From an uncultured Akkermansia sp. (GTDB lineage Bacteria; Verrucomicrobiota; Verrucomicrobiia; Opitutales; Opitutaceae): 64,000 nt of DNA. This document shows positions 19,373-26,614 of this stretch, piece after piece. Position 1 is the stretch's first letter. Every line of letters begins with the position of its first letter. The notes under the pieces were generated by a model, which was not told the DNA's origin, did not search any database, and saw nothing but the letters and a program-made list of their open reading frames with translations. The position numbers were made by a program, and so were the translations under genes. Location: the NCBI GenBank assembly GCA_964438755.1, contig CAYTLL010000009.1:29518-93517 (forward strand), given 5' to 3'.

Positions 19373-21592
19373 TCAGGCTTTCGGGCCGCCGGCGAATTCC
19401 ACGCGGAGCAGCTCCACGTTCACCCAGTCGAACCAGAAGCCGCCCTGCTGCGTGCGTTCGGCCGGAGTGGACGCGCGGTGGCGCTCGATCAGCTGCTCCG
19501 CCTCGCGCAAGGCGTCCGCGCCCTCCGGGGCCCGGCCCAGCGCGCGCAGGGCGAGGGCCCGCAACAAATGCGCGGACGCCGAGCGCGCCTCGTTTTTGTT
19601 CGGGCTGGCGAGGCAGATGTCCGCCCACGAAAGGGTGTCGGCCGGCCGACCGCGCCGGTAGTCCATCAGGGCCAGGGCGAAGGCTCGCCAGGCTTTCATG
19701 TAGGCGTCGCGATCCGCGTCGGGGCCGATCACCGCCTCCCGCACCTGGGCATACAGCGGCTCGAGGCGCCGCAGGGATTCCGCATCGGCGGGCGCGAGCA
19801 AGGTGCATTTGAGCACCTGCTCCGCCACGACCACCTGTTCCGTCGCCCCGAATCGGCGTAGCAACACCGCGCGGAAACGGTCGTAGCCCTCGCGGTCCCC
19901 CGCGCGCAGGATCGTGGTCGCCGCGGGCATGAGCTGGTTGGAGACGCCCTGGGTGTCGCTGGGATCGATCGAGGTGATGGATTCGGCGAGCGCCGCGTAG
20001 AACCGCGCCGCCTCGGGCCAGTGGTCCGCTTGCGCGTGCCAAAAGGCCAGCGTGCGGAAAACGAGCGAGGATTCGAGGCTGGGCTGGACGAGGGAGAGAT
20101 CGAGGCCGGCGACGAGAGCGTCCGCCTCCTCCGGCTGCTTGTAGGAGATCTGCACCGCGGCGCGGGCGACGCGTTCCCCCGCCTCCGCGCGACGGCGCAG
20201 CAGCGCCTCGTTTGCCCGCGCCTCCTCCGCCTGGCGGGAAAACTCGAGCTGCGCGCGCAACGCGTGTTGTTCCCGCAGATAGAGCCGCGTGGTGGCGACG
20301 AGGCCGCCGAGCACCGAGGCGAGGACGAGGCTGGTCGCGAGCACGGGACCGCGATGGCGGCGCACGAAGCGGCGGACCTGGTAGACACGGCTGGGCGGGC
20401 GCGCGGAGACGACCGCGTGGCCGAGGTGGGCACGCAGATCGGCGGCGAAGGCGGCGACCGACTCGTAGCGCCGCTCGCGATCCGGGGCCAGGGCCTTGAG
20501 CGCGATCCAGTCCAGGTCGCCGCGGAGCGCCTCGGCGAGACGGGCCGGGGCCAGCCCGCGCAGGGCGGCCGTTTCCGCGGCCGTCGCGGGGGCGAGTTCG
20601 ACGAACACGGCGGAGGGACGGCGCGGCTCGCGCGCGCGCACGAAGCGGCGGATCTCGTCGGGGGGCAGCCGGGCCCAGTCGGGCGCGGGAAAGGGCGGGC
20701 TGCCCGCGATCAGTTCGCAGAGGACCACACCGAGGCTGAAAACGTCTCCGCGCGTATCCACGCCCGCGCTCATCTCGTCCGCGTGCTCGGGGCTCATGTA
20801 GGCCGGCGTGCCGATGAAAGCGCCGAGCTCGGTGGTGTGCAGGGTGCGCCCGGACAGGCGCGGCCCGGCGCCGGCGGCCTTGGCGATGCCGAAGTCGATG
20901 ACCTTGGGCGCGGGTTGCCCGTCGATGTCCACGACGAGCAGGTTGGACGGCTTGAGGTCGCGGTGGATGACGCCCTTTTGATGCGCGTGCTGCACGGCTT
21001 GGCAGACCTGCGCGAGCAATTCGATCCGGCGTTCGAGCGGGAGCCTATGACGGTCGCAGTAGGCGGTGATCCGTTCGCCCTGCACCCACTCCATCACGAA
21101 AAAGGGACGGCCGGAGGCGGTGGCGCCGGCGTCCAGCACACGCGCGATGTAGGGATGCTCCATCAAGGCGAGGGCCTGGCGCTCCGCCTCGAAGCGCGCG
21201 ATCACGGCCTCGGTGTCCATGCCCGGGCGGATGATTTTCAAGGCCACCTGCCGGCGCACGGGCTCGTGTTGTTCCGCGCGATAGACGATGCCGTGCCCGC
21301 CCTCGCCGATGCGCTCCAGCAGCCGGTAGCGGCCGATCTGGGTGATGCAATCGGCGGCGGGGCCCGACCCCGTGCCGGCGCAGGACCCGAGGGATGCGAC
21401 GGTGGGGGAGAGACGCGCGAAAAACGCCTCGGACGGCGCGGCGGCGGCCAGCAGGGCGTCGAGGCGCGTGCGCAGGGCAGGGTCGCCGGCGCAGACGCGG
21501 TCTAGAAAGGCGGTGCGCTCGGCGGGCTCGGCCAGCGCGAAGGCCTGGTCGAAGAGCGCGCGTTCGCGACGGGAGGGAGCGGGGGCGGGCAT
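19373..21592 (-). CDS. Membrane Ser/Thr protein kinase with extracytoplasmic helical-repeat (TPR-like) domain (module 1)
   Basis: Hanks kinase motifs are IGEGGHGIVYRA, VALKII, HRDLKPSNLL, IDFGIAK and GTPAYMSPE. A single hydrophobic helix (VLATSLVLASVLGGLVATTRLYL) follows, then about 300 aa of helical-repeat-like sequence ending in WFDWVN. The gene starts 24 bp after the stop of the ECF sigma gene. Confidence 0.9.
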   Translation of the reverse strand: MPAPAPSRRERALFDQAFALAEPAERTAFLDRVCAGDPALRTRLDALLAAAAPSEAFFARLSPTVASLGSCAGTGSGPAADCITQIGRYRLLERIGEGGHGIVYRAEQHEPVRRQVALKIIRPGMDTEAVIARFEAERQALALMEHPYIARVLDAGATASGRPFFVMEWVQGERITAYCDRHRLPLERRIELLAQVCQAVQHAHQKGVIHRDLKPSNLLVVDIDGQPAPKVIDFGIAKAAGAGPRLSGRTLHTTELGAFIGTPAYMSPEHADEMSAGVDTRGDVFSLGVVLCELIAGSPPFPAPDWARLPPDEIRRFVRAREPRRPSAVFVELAPATAAETAALRGLAPARLAEALRGDLDWIALKALAPDRERRYESVAAFAADLRAHLGHAVVSARPPSRVYQVRRFVRRHRGPVLATSLVLASVLGGLVATTRLYLREQHALRAQLEFSRQAEEARANEALLRRRAEAGERVARAAVQISYKQPEEADALVAGLDLSLVQPSLESSLVFRTLAFWHAQADHWPEAARFYAALAESITSIDPSDTQGVSNQLMPAATTILRAGDREGYDRFRAVLLRRFGATEQVVVAEQVLKCTLLAPADAESLRRLEPLYAQVREAVIGPDADRDAYMKAWRAFALALMDYRRGRPADTLSWADICLASPNKNEARSASAHLLRALALRALGRAPEGADALREAEQLIERHRASTPAERTQQGGFWFDWVNVELLRVEFAGGPKA

Positions 21593-21616
21593 CGGGGATT
21601 AATCGACTGGAACGGC

Positions 21617-22192
21617 TCAGTCCGCGTCGGCTTTCATCAGCTCGTAGAGGCAGGCGCGGGCGTAGACCCAGCGACGGTCCACGGTGCGCTCGGCGACGCC
21701 GTTCATCCACGCGATCTCGCGGTTGCTGAAGCCGCCGAAGAACTTGAGGTCGACCAGCCGCGCGCTCGCCGGGTCGCTGCGCTCGAGCTCGCGCAAGGCC
21801 GCGTCCACGCGCAGCAGGCAGGCGTCCGGGGCCTCGGCGGCGAGATTCAGGTCGTCCACGTCCAGGCGCCGCCGCGGATCCTCGTTGCGAAGCGCGGAGC
21901 GCCGGCGGGCGCGGTCCACGAGAATGCGGCGCATGGTGCGGACGGCGGTGCGAAAGAAGTGCATGCGGTCCCGCCAGCGCCGGCCGGGGCTCGAGGCGAG
22001 GCGCAGCCAGGCCTCGTGGACAAGCGCGGTCGGCTGGATCGTGTGCGCGACGGACTCGCCCCGCATCTGGCGGGCGGCGATGCGGCGCAGCTCGTCGTAG
22101 ACCAGGGGCAGCAACTCGTCGTCCCCGAGGCCGGGTTCGGTCGGCGTGTTGAGGAGGAGCGTGAGGTCGGAGAGGGAGTCGGGAGCGGACAT
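21617..22192 (-). CDS. ECF sigma factor, TIGR02999 / Sigma70_ECF type (module 1)
   Basis: Family signature: LLPLVYDELRRIAARQMRGESVAHTIQPTALVHEAWLRL, followed by region 4 FFGGFSNREIAWMNGVAERTVDRRWVYARACL. I set the start at MSAPDS (ATG at 22192). The 377-aa track ORF extension is R/P-rich and overlaps the upstream gene, so it was rejected. Confidence 0.9.
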   Translation of the reverse strand: MSAPDSLSDLTLLLNTPTEPGLGDDELLPLVYDELRRIAARQMRGESVAHTIQPTALVHEAWLRLASSPGRRWRDRMHFFRTAVRTMRRILVDRARRRSALRNEDPRRRLDVDDLNLAAEAPDACLLRVDAALRELERSDPASARLVDLKFFGGFSNREIAWMNGVAERTVDRRWVYARACLYELMKADAD

Positions 22193-22323
22193 CGCGGCGG
22201 TGCGGGCAGGGCGCGGGCCGAGCCCGGGGCCGCGGCCACCGTGTCGGGCCGACGCGCGCTTGGCAACCGGCGCGCGGCGCGATCTGACCGTGGCGAACGG
22301 TTTGTCCGCGACGAGCGTCGCGC

Positions 22324-23781
22324 TCACGGCTTCACCAGGAATGTCGCGCGGCGCCGCTCCGCGTCGGTGGTCGCCGGGCCGGTCCCGAGCCCCGCGTCGT
22401 CCGCGCGGAGATAGACGTTTTTCGAGCCGGACAGGCGGAAGGAGGCGCCGGAGGGATCGGCCAGGCCGGGGACACGGACAAAGGTGGCGCGGGCGGCGAA
22501 GGCGGGGCCGCCGTCGTTCGCCTCCATCGCGACCCCCGTCGCGGTCGCGGTGATATAGCGGTCGGGGAAGTTGACGGAACGGATCGAGACGAGGTCCTCG
22601 CCCGCGCCGGAGAGACCGGGTGCGAGTCGCCAGCGGCCGTCCGCGGCGGGGCGCACGTCGGCGTCGAGCCGCAGTCGGAAGCTGGAGTGGCGGACCCGGA
22701 GATCGGGCGCGGCGAGCGGCACGAGGCTCGCCTGCGGCCGGCTCGGCCACTTGGCGCGGAGGGCGGTGAGCTCCGAGCGGGTGATGTTGAGGACGCCGCC
22801 GTGCCGCTTGCGGCTTTCGCCGAACGCGTAGGCGTCGGCGGGGAGCACGCGGAAGGAGGCGGGGTCGTCGAGGTTGGAGATCTCGAAGGGAAGGTAGCCG
22901 CGGCCGGAGGCGTATTGATCGGCGAACAGGCCCCAGCGTTGCCGGCCGTTGAATTTGAAGAGAATCGGCCCCTCGACCTGCTTGCCGGTGTAGCCGATGC
23001 GGGAGAGATCGCCGATGCGTTCCCAGGGGCCGGCGAGACGGTCGGCGCCCTCGATCGTGATCTGCCCGTCGCCGGACGCGCGGTAGAAACGGCGCCGGGC
23101 GCCGCTCACCTCGATGATCTGGGTGTCGATGATGTCCTGGCCCTTTCCCTTTTCGCCGGGGCGGTCGATGTAGAGCGCGGGCGGGGTGAAGGTGCGAAAA
23201 TCCTTCGTGTGCGCACCGTAGATGCGGGCGCGGCGCGCGCCGTCGCGGGGCGAGATCGTCGCCCAGTAGACGAAGTAGTCGCCGCGGGTCTCGTCGAAGA
23301 TCGCCTCGGGCGCCCAGGCGCAGCCGGCCTCGGGGATCGCGGAGGCGACGTCGACCATCCAGGGCCGCGACCAGTTCACGAGGTCGGTCGACTCCCAGAA
23401 CACGAGCGAGGGGCTGCCGTTTTTCATCGAGGCGCCCCAGCCCTTGCCGCTCGCGATGCGGAGATCGGTGGCGAGGAGGATGAATTTTTTCCCGCCCTCG
23501 AGGCGGATGAGCGAGGGATCGCGCACGCCCTTTTCGCCGATGTCGGAGACGAGCACGGGCTCGGAGTCGTTGAGATCGGTCCAGCGCAGGCCGTCCTCGC
23601 TGACCGCGAAGTAGATCTGCTCGCCGCGCGGGGATTCCCCGGTGAAGTGGGCGAACAGATACGCGCTCGGCGCCTCGGGCGCGATCGGGACCGCGGCGGC
23701 TGGCGACGGGGTGTCGCGGCGGGGGTTGGCCAGCGCGATCGAGGCGAGCAGCGGAAGAAGGAGCGGGATGCGACTAAGCAT
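22324..23781 (-). CDS. GH43-type hydrolase with C-terminal AbfB (CBM42-like) domain; inverted paralog of 14829-16304
   Basis: The architecture is the same as 14829-16304, with long identical peptide stretches (YLFAHFTGESPRGEQIYFAVSEDGL; SPSLVFWESTDLVNWSRPWMVDVASAIPEAGCAWAPEAIFDETRGDYFVYWATISP). It has a signal peptide rather than a lipobox. Confidence 0.85.
   Translation of the reverse strand: MLSRIPLLLPLLASIALANPRRDTPSPAAAVPIAPEAPSAYLFAHFTGESPRGEQIYFAVSEDGLRWTDLNDSEPVLVSDIGEKGVRDPSLIRLEGGKKFILLATDLRIASGKGWGASMKNGSPSLVFWESTDLVNWSRPWMVDVASAIPEAGCAWAPEAIFDETRGDYFVYWATISPRDGARRARIYGAHTKDFRTFTPPALYIDRPGEKGKGQDIIDTQIIEVSGARRRFYRASGDGQITIEGADRLAGPWERIGDLSRIGYTGKQVEGPILFKFNGRQRWGLFADQYASGRGYLPFEISNLDDPASFRVLPADAYAFGESRKRHGGVLNITRSELTALRAKWPSRPQASLVPLAAPDLRVRHSSFRLRLDADVRPAADGRWRLAPGLSGAGEDLVSIRSVNFPDRYITATATGVAMEANDGGPAFAARATFVRVPGLADPSGASFRLSGSKNVYLRADDAGLGTGPATTDAERRRATFLVKP
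23261..23420. repeat. 160-bp block identical to the reverse complement of 15211-15370
   Basis: See the partner repeat at 15211-15370. The match is perfect over 160 bp inside otherwise diverged paralogs. Confidence 0.85.
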
Positions 23782-23809
23782 GGAATGAGGGAGGGCCTGG
23801 GGCCCGGGT

Positions 23810-24772
23810 TCAGGGCTTGGGCGGGAGGGATACGCCCTCGGTCGTCTGCGCGACGCGGCGGATGGAGCCGTCGGCCTCGTGATAGAGGTAGTCGATGCAG
23901 ACCGAGCGGCGGTAGCTGCCGCCGGTGTTGGGCCGCTGGATGGCGCCGTTGTGGTAGATGAAATACCACTGGCCTTTGAACTCGAGGATGGCCTGGTGGA
24001 TCGTGTTGCTGTTGAACGCGCCCTCCGAGACGAGGCCGCGCGAGGTCCAGGGACCCTGGATCGAGGGCGCGGTGGCGTAGGAGATCTTTTCCGGGAAGCC
24101 GCTCGCGTAGGACAGGTAGTAGGTGTCGCCGTGTTTGTGGACCCAGGGCGCCTCGGTGAAGTCGGAGAGGCCGTTGATCTCCATGATGGGGCCGTCGAGC
24201 TCGATCATGTTGGGTTTCAGCTTGGCGTAGTAGCAGTTGACGTTGCCCCAGAAGAGCCAGGCGTCGCCGTCGCGGTCGATGAACACGGCGGGGTCGATGT
24301 CCTCCCAGCCGTGCTTGCCCTTCGGCGTCATGTCGGCGGTCACGAGCGCGGAGCCGCGTGCGTCCTTGAAGGGTCCGGTGGGCGAGTCGGCGACCGCGAC
24401 GCCGAGCGCTTTGCCCGGCTTGGTCGCATTGTGCTCGATGGAGACATACCAGTAGAATTTGCCGTCCTTTTCGACGACGTGGGCGGCGTAGGCATCGGAC
24501 TTGGCCCAGGCGAAGTCCTTGACCGACAAGGGCGCGCCGTGCGGCGTCCAGGTCTTCATGTCCTTCGACGAGTAGCAGAGCCAGTCCCGCATGGTGTAAT
24601 GCTGGTTGGGGTTCGCCTCGTCGTGGCCGGTGTAGAGATAGACCGTGTCCCCGTGGACGATGGCCGCGGGGTCGGCGGTGAAGACGTCGGTGATGACGGG
24701 ATTCGCCGCGTGGAGGGCGGCGCCGAAGCAGGCGACGAGGGCGAGCGAAGAGACGAAGGGTTTCGGATTCAT
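23810..24772 (-). CDS. GH43 glycoside hydrolase (arabinofuranosidase/xylosidase type), secreted
   Basis: The signal peptide is MNPKPFVSSLALVACFGAALHA. The GH43 catalytic triad contexts are FTADPAAIVHGDTVYLY, DIDPAVFIDRDGDAWLFWG and TEAPWVHKHGDTYYLSY. I chose the start at the ATG at 24772; the longer track ORF has an R-rich N-terminal extension. Confidence 0.9.
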   Translation of the reverse strand: MNPKPFVSSLALVACFGAALHAANPVITDVFTADPAAIVHGDTVYLYTGHDEANPNQHYTMRDWLCYSSKDMKTWTPHGAPLSVKDFAWAKSDAYAAHVVEKDGKFYWYVSIEHNATKPGKALGVAVADSPTGPFKDARGSALVTADMTPKGKHGWEDIDPAVFIDRDGDAWLFWGNVNCYYAKLKPNMIELDGPIMEINGLSDFTEAPWVHKHGDTYYLSYASGFPEKISYATAPSIQGPWTSRGLVSEGAFNSNTIHQAILEFKGQWYFIYHNGAIQRPNTGGSYRRSVCIDYLYHEADGSIRRVAQTTEGVSLPPKP

Positions 24773-25007
24773 GCGTAAGAAGGGGATTGGCCGGCACGGG
24801 GAAGCGACGCGTGCGCGGCACCTTTCCCAGCGGAATAAACCCGCGTTTTCCGACACGCGATTTGAGCCGTTTTTTTCGCGGAGCATACTTCTGCCGGGGC
24901 GCTTGATGGCGAGGCGACGTGTCCGCGGATCACGCCGGGCCCTGCAGCGCCTCCGATGCTTGGCGCAAACCGGGCCGTGCCCGCGTTTTTCCTCATGACC
25001 CCCCGCC

Positions 25008-26147
25008 ATGCCCGCCCCTGCATCTTTTCCCTCGCATGTGGCGAAGCCGCGCGCCTCCCATGCCGCCACCGTCGTCGAGCGCGTGTCTTTGCCGGAGCTT
25101 GCCGCCCTCCGTCTGCGCGAGGGCATCGCCGCGGGACGCTGGGGCGAGCGGCTTCCGAGCGAGCGGGAACTTTGCCGCGAGCTGCGAATCGGCCGTGCGT
25201 CCCTCCGTCAGGCTATCGCGCTCCTTGTCGCCGAAAAATCACTGAGGTCGGGAGGCCGAGGCCGGCGGCATGGCGTCCTGGCGTCAGCCCCTGTCGCATC
25301 GAATGCCGAGCCGGGCCGGGTCATACGCGTGCTCACGCCGCTGCCGCCCAGGCAACTGGGCGAGACCCATCTGGCGATCTGCGACAACCTGCGGGAGCGC
25401 GCAGAGCGGGCGGGATATCGGGTGGAGATCGAATATCGTCCGCGGGTTTATCGTCTGCGCGAACCGCGCGAGCTCGCGCGGCTGCACGCTTTGCCCGACA
25501 CCGCCGGCTGGGTCGTTCTTTTTTCCACGGAGGCGATCCAGCGCGTGTTGATGGAGCGCGCCATTCCCGCCGTTCTTGTGGGGCCCGCTTATCCAGGGGT
25601 GCGACTGTCCGCGGTCTGGCCCGACAGCGTTGCCGCCGCGCGTCATGCGGCGGGGCTTTTTCACGCGCGCGGACATCGTCGCGTCGCCTACGCGCAGGCC
25701 CTGGAGCCGACCCTGGGGGTAAAACGCGCGGAGCGGGCTTTCCTCGATGAATCCCTCCGCCTCGGCATGAGCGCATGCACCATCCACTTCGATCCTTCCG
25801 GGCGCGTCTGGCGCTCGCCCTGGCAGCCGCTGCTGGCCCTGCGCCCTCGTCCCACCGGGATCCTGTGCTGCGGTTCCTATGTCGCCCTGAATCTGCTCTG
25901 CCACCTGCAGGGCGGAGGGCTTCTGGTCCCGCGCGATGCCTCCCTGGTTTCGCTTTGGTCCGAAGGTTTCATGCGCCACACCGAGCCCGCGCTGACGAGC
26001 TACCGCGTGGACGGCATCGACATGGCCCGAAGAATCCTCCGGCTTTTGTTTCGGCGTATCGCGCGTGGACCGGGCGAGCACGACGGGGTCGCTCTGATTC
26101 CGGAGCTCGAAGGCGGCGCGTCGATCTCATTCGCGCCCGCCGCGTGA
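25008..26147 (+). CDS. Transcriptional regulator: GntR-type wHTH fused to a LacI/PBP1-type sugar-binding domain
   Basis: The N-terminal wHTH is LPSERELCRELRIGRASLRQAIALLVAEKSL. The C-terminal roughly 280 aa have an alternating beta/alpha periplasmic-binding-protein-like pattern (IRVLTP..., WVVLFS..., PAVLVG..., GHRRVAY..., TGILCCGSYVALNLL). The gene is divergent from the GH43 gene at 24772. Confidence 0.7.
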   Translation: MPAPASFPSHVAKPRASHAATVVERVSLPELAALRLREGIAAGRWGERLPSERELCRELRIGRASLRQAIALLVAEKSLRSGGRGRRHGVLASAPVASNAEPGRVIRVLTPLPPRQLGETHLAICDNLRERAERAGYRVEIEYRPRVYRLREPRELARLHALPDTAGWVVLFSTEAIQRVLMERAIPAVLVGPAYPGVRLSAVWPDSVAAARHAAGLFHARGHRRVAYAQALEPTLGVKRAERAFLDESLRLGMSACTIHFDPSGRVWRSPWQPLLALRPRPTGILCCGSYVALNLLCHLQGGGLLVPRDASLVSLWSEGFMRHTEPALTSYRVDGIDMARRILRLLFRRIARGPGEHDGVALIPELEGGASISFAPAA

Positions 26148-26158
26148 ACGGGAAGAGG

Positions 26159-26177
26159 TTGTCCGGAAAACGGACAA
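26159..26177. promoter_or_regulatory. Perfect inverted repeat TTGTCCG-N5-CGGACAA (candidate operator or terminator-like hairpin)
   Basis: The sequence reads directly as ttgtccg gaaaa cggacaa. It lies 12 nt after the regulator stop and 438 nt upstream of the giant gene at 26615. The half-site TTGTCCG recurs at 26308, 26397, 22302 and 41932, all in non-coding DNA. No T-run follows the hairpin. Confidence 0.3.
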
Positions 26178-26614
26178 GCTCGCAGGAGGGGCGGGCGTTT
26201 GACAGCGCCCCGTCGCGGCGGCTCCCTCGGGGTAATTCGCGCGAATCGCATTTTTTGAAAGTATCTGTATCCGAAATATAACGACGAATGGAGCGATGGA
26301 GCGCCACTTGTCCGGAGCCGGCCTGGTTCGCGTATTCGCGTGCGCCGATGCGTTTTTCCAGCCGCAACCTAAACCGATTGCCGATGAAAGGTTCCATTGT
26401 CCGACGTAGGCGACGCGCGAATAGCCCGGCTTTTTCGCCTTCCGCGGTCGCTTGCGGCGGTGCGAACCCGGTCGAGATGGATCGTCGTAAGCCGATTCCC
26501 GGCATACGTGTTCTCCTTCGCTCGAATCGGGGTTGTTTTTCCGCTTTTCGGCGGATCGCGCCGAGAAATCGCGTTACTTCCTTGGCCCCATCTTACCCTG
26601 ACCCTCGTTTTTCC

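Noticed and set aside
19365-19375. CTGAG-cgc-CTCAG mini-hairpin formed by the two convergent stop codons of the GH27 and kinase 1 genes
   Set aside because: The stem is only 5 bp with a 3-nt loop and there is no T-run. It is most likely a coincidence of two facing TGA codons and not a credible bidirectional terminator.
22193-22323. Shared CAAAC-containing sequence upstream of both sigma genes (cGGACAAACCGTTCG here; cGGCAAACGGCTTC at about 54510-54523 on the minus strand) as a possible autoregulated ECF promoter
   Set aside because: The match is short and imperfect, lies at very different distances from the two start codons, and has no recognisable -10 partner. This is not enough evidence without a proper motif search.
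26288-26614. Upstream in-frame extension of the giant gene (start at 26288), and similar extensions at 31175, 35900, 46847, 25126, 22750 and 53825
   Set aside because: The extensions are R/P-rich without signal-peptide character. In each case an internal Met is immediately followed by a hydrophobic signal-like segment or by the first conserved family motif.
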